From an uncultured delta proteobacterium (GTDB lineage Bacteria; Desulfobacterota; RBG-13-43-22): a DNA stretch of 64,000 nt. Below are positions 60,871-64,000 of the stretch, one piece after another. The stretch is from positions 211,936 to 275,935 of the forward strand of contig CAWDKY010000029.1 in NCBI GenBank assembly GCA_963802945.1, read 5' to 3'. The position numbers and the translations under genes were made by a program. How positions within the stretch are numbered: the first letter of the stretch is position 1; the number at the start of each line of letters is the position of its first letter. The notes below the pieces were generated by a model. The model had not been told where the DNA came from. It made no database searches and was given only the letters and a program-made list of their open reading frames with translations.

Positions 60871-62175
60871 TCAGTCTTTTTTCTCTCCAACCAGATGCTT
60901 GGAAAGTCGCTTACCCAGCCCGATGATGGTATTTGTGGGTGGCAATCCCCATGCTTCCGGTATAACGGAACAATCGCAAACATAAAGGTTATCATACTCG
61001 GTTTTCAGATTCGAATCGACAATATCTCCGATTTTCGCGGAACCTCCTGGATGGGAAGCCAGGTAACTTGTTTTAAATATCCCTTTCGCTCCCGCATTTT
61101 TCAGTATCTCTTTGGCTCGTTCATATCCTCTATGAAGTTTCTGCTTTTCTTTTTTATCCAGGATCTTCCTAACACCTCCACTGTCCGTTATACTGCCTCC
61201 CAGCTCATCTTTGGCTTTAATCATGATCTGGAGTGTTTTTTCCCGTGAAAAAACCTTATCCGGTCTGAAGGCAACGGCTGCCAATGCCGCCGATATAGCA
61301 AAGGGATGGGACATGTCGGTCATCATGTAGCCTTCGTCTTCCAGGTGAATCCCACATGACATCGGGATTTCACCTAATGGGACCTCCAAGTCTTTTATAG
61401 ATCCCCGGACGCCGATCAGCGGGTCGAAAAAGAAATTATAACCCGCTCCTTTGATACCGCTGGCTCGCAGGATAACAGGGGAACCAATACCTCCGGCAGA
61501 TATCACTATAGTCGGGGCAAAAACCTTAAAAATCTTTCCCTTTTTTCTATATTCAACGCCAACAGCACTTTTTCCTTCAAAAATCACCTTCGTGACTTTA
61601 GCCCTCTCGATCAGCACTCCACCGTGGGCGAGGGCCTCGTCTATGTACATTCTTGCGCTCCATTTCACACCGTATGGATCTCCAAAATGGCCAAAGGGAA
61701 AATCCGGATTCCAGCGGTCCTGGTACATAAATTTATCCAGCTTACGCCAGTTATAACCAAGATCCTGAGCGCTCTCCATAATCCGTCTCGACATCGGGCC
61801 TATGATTTCGTCTTTAAGCGGTCCTACCGGGAGTTCATTTCGGATTTCTTCCGCTTCCCTTGTTAGGTCAATACCGTGGCGCTCGAGCATCTCGAAGGGC
61901 ACAGGAAAACACGTTGCATAGTAATAAACGGTGCTTCCTCCTGTTGTGATCCCCCTCACCACTCCCAGTAACTGTCTGGTTAAAAGCATACTCTTACCCG
62001 GAAAAAGTAAAGTCTTGGCCCCATACCAGAAACTGCCTGTTAAAGGATCGTTATCTCCCCACTCTAAAATGAGCACCTTCTTTTTTCTCAAGGTCAATTC
62101 TTTAGCAACTGTAGCTCCACCTGGTCCAGAGCCCACTACAATGAATTCGGTATCTGTTTCTCTTTTTTTGTTCAT
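60871..62175 (-). CDS. GMC-family FAD oxidoreductase
   Basis: VGSGPGGA, TTGGST, SAGGIGSP.IL..SG, HPGGSA, LYVCDCSVIP. Confidence 0.88.
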   Translation of the reverse strand: MNKKRETDTEFIVVGSGPGGATVAKELTLRKKKVLILEWGDNDPLTGSFWYGAKTLLFPGKSMLLTRQLLGVVRGITTGGSTVYYYATCFPVPFEMLERHGIDLTREAEEIRNELPVGPLKDEIIGPMSRRIMESAQDLGYNWRKLDKFMYQDRWNPDFPFGHFGDPYGVKWSARMYIDEALAHGGVLIERAKVTKVIFEGKSAVGVEYRKKGKIFKVFAPTIVISAGGIGSPVILRASGIKGAGYNFFFDPLIGVRGSIKDLEVPLGEIPMSCGIHLEDEGYMMTDMSHPFAISAALAAVAFRPDKVFSREKTLQIMIKAKDELGGSITDSGGVRKILDKKEKQKLHRGYERAKEILKNAGAKGIFKTSYLASHPGGSAKIGDIVDSNLKTEYDNLYVCDCSVIPEAWGLPPTNTIIGLGKRLSKHLVGEKKD

Positions 62176-62695
62176 CTTTCCCTCTCCACGATAAAGTTAT
62201 CCAAAATAAAAAAACCTCACTAATCAGGTGAGAAATGGGATTCTTTGAATCTTCGTCAGATAACCTCCTTAAAGGGGCCAACGCAAAAAAACTCCTATAT
62301 TTGAAAGCATATTATTTTTATCGGAAGAATGTCAAGATTTATAGCTCTGACAGCTTTTAGCTAACGATTATCGATGAAGTCTGGTTTTTTCCCAGAAAAG
62401 CATTGCGGAAGATTGCAGGAAGAACTATTTTAAATTCCTTGAAAATTTGTCTTTACCAGTTTTTTGCTTGAGCAAGTATTTAACTTGCTGATTACTATAT
62501 GAACTTACTCAACCATTCCAACAAAAAAATGAGCTGGCTCAAAACGTCATTTCAATAGAGGGATAAGGATTGAGGTTATCCTGATTTTCTTTTTGACGAA
62601 GCCCCCTGGAGTCGAATAGGTGTCAAGCTTGTTGCGGCTTATGGTCAAGATGGATTTTAGAGCCTGGCCATCAAGAGCCTGCCAATTTCGAATTT

Positions 62696-64000
62696 CTATT
62701 CTTCGTGTCCCGTTATCTCCCTCGTCCGTTCTTTCCAGTTAACTCCCTTTTTTTTCAGCCAGTTCACTCGCAGGAAATAATAGATGGTAAAGAGTAGGGT
62801 GAGCCCGATCAGGAGCCCAAGTATCAAGGCCGTATTCTTATAGTCCAGCATCACTAGCACGACAAAAGGAAGGCTGGTGACGGCAGTAATTATGGCCAGG
62901 ATAATAAGCCAGGTCCTGGGGATCCGGATGTAGGCCCTATTGTATTCTGCAAGGTACCTGGTGGGCAAGTTGATAACTGCAAAGGCGCCTATAACGGTCA
63001 TGAGAAGGATGCCAACTGCAGCCATGACGCCATAGAAATCTAAATCTATATTTATAAATTGAAGACAAAGCAAGATAAATACAATTAAGAAGTAAAGACC
63101 GATGGCGCGCAAAGGCGTTAGTGTCCTCGGGCTGACCTTACCGAAACCTGAAGGCAGCAGATCATCGCGTGCCTGAGACAGTATTTCACGCGGTAATGCT
63201 ATTGCGCCAGCATTGAGGGCGGTCAACGCTGCAAAAAACGCTCCGAAACCAAGGAAGGCTACCAATCCCTCGGGCAAAAATGTCCTGGCCGAGTCCAGGA
63301 TAGGGGCTTTCATTTTCATTAAGGCTTCATAGTTATATGGCATTGAAGCTGTGAAGACTGCCCCGACAAAAATATAGATAACCAACACGATTATTCCACC
63401 AATGATCATGGCGAGCGGTATGTTCCGTTTCGGGTTTTTCATTTCCTCGCCCATTTCGGCAATAACCTGGAAGCCCATGCAGGCGCTATAACACAGGACC
63501 ACGGCCAGCACCATTCCGCTTATACCTTTAGGGGAGAAGAAAGATAGTTGGATTGGGTGGGTGACTACGAATAGGCCGGCTGCGACAAATAGAATGAGGG
63601 CGAGAACCTTGAGGATGACCATGATTATTTGCACCCAGTTGGCAAGTTGAAGCTTAAAAAGGTAAAGCCCCATAAACAGGATGGGGATTATGAGCGACAG
63701 AATCTTAATTTCTAATGCCTTATCGATGCCCCAAGCCCAGTAAGCTGCCACATTGCCGGCGAAGCCGATGCAAACAAAGCATGTCGAGCACGCCCCGCCA
63801 ACAATGGCCCATAATGAGGTAATGCTTCCCCAATATGGATTGGAAAGTCGGCTGGTAACGAGGTAGGCCAAACCCGCTCGCGGTATGGCACTAGCCCCTT
63901 GGATTATCGGAATCACCCCTACGGCAGAGATAATGATGGCCATCGTGAACGCCAGCCACATGGCGTTGCCCGCATTGGCAGTAATCGGGGCAAGCAGTGC
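62696..64000 (-). CDS. APC-family amino acid permease; 5' end outside the window
   Basis: Many TM segments, GFQVIAEMGEEMKNPKRNIP, ARDDLLP. Confidence 0.9.
   Translation of the reverse strand, partial: ALLAPITANAGNAMWLAFTMAIIISAVGVIPIIQGASAIPRAGLAYLVTSRLSNPYWGSITSLWAIVGGACSTCFVCIGFAGNVAAYWAWGIDKALEIKILSLIIPILFMGLYLFKLQLANWVQIIMVILKVLALILFVAAGLFVVTHPIQLSFFSPKGISGMVLAVVLCYSACMGFQVIAEMGEEMKNPKRNIPLAMIIGGIIVLVIYIFVGAVFTASMPYNYEALMKMKAPILDSARTFLPEGLVAFLGFGAFFAALTALNAGAIALPREILSQARDDLLPSGFGKVSPRTLTPLRAIGLYFLIVFILLCLQFINIDLDFYGVMAAVGILLMTVIGAFAVINLPTRYLAEYNRAYIRIPRTWLIILAIITAVTSLPFVVLVMLDYKNTALILGLLIGLTLLFTIYYFLRVNWLKKKGVNWKERTREITGHEE

Noticed and set aside
1-64000. CRISPR array, tRNA or rRNA genes
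   Set aside because: No regularly spaced 25-40 bp repeats with unique spacers and no cloverleaf or rRNA signatures seen by eye

Overview
About 64 kb of chromosome from an anaerobic Desulfobacterota/deltaproteobacterial-type organism (inferred from gene content). The first ~38 kb is mostly housekeeping: type IV pilus genes (frameshifted pilB, pilC, pilS-like kinase, pilT and a pilT/pilU paralog), hisHF, folD, a pan-motif leader with panB-panE, a 2-oxoacid:ferredoxin oxidoreductase operon, fabD, hpt, queC/queE/queG-like, an AmmeMemo B-A fusion, a sugar epimerase, dedA and ftsH. From ~39 kb the region is plastic: a MazF-type TA pair between 64-bp direct repeats, CoA-dependent catabolic genes (including a GC-rich acyl-CoA dehydrogenase homolog lacking the catalytic Glu), gene fragments (dinD, BKACE) and several MITE-like elements. 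The most notable non-coding structures are: (i) three copies of a leader that joins an IS3-like terminal repeat to a 17-bp-spaced sigma70 promoter, each in front of a different gene block; (ii) inverted 7/8-mer repeat arrays at many gene junctions, one pair still enclosing a four-helix-bundle gene remnant that is itself interrupted by a MITE with a TAGA duplication; (iii) at least five distinct small non-autonomous repeat families, with no cognate transposase in the window. Several frameshifts fall in homopolymers and may be sequencing or assembly errors. I found no tRNA, rRNA or CRISPR array. All calls are from reading the sequence; no searches were run.
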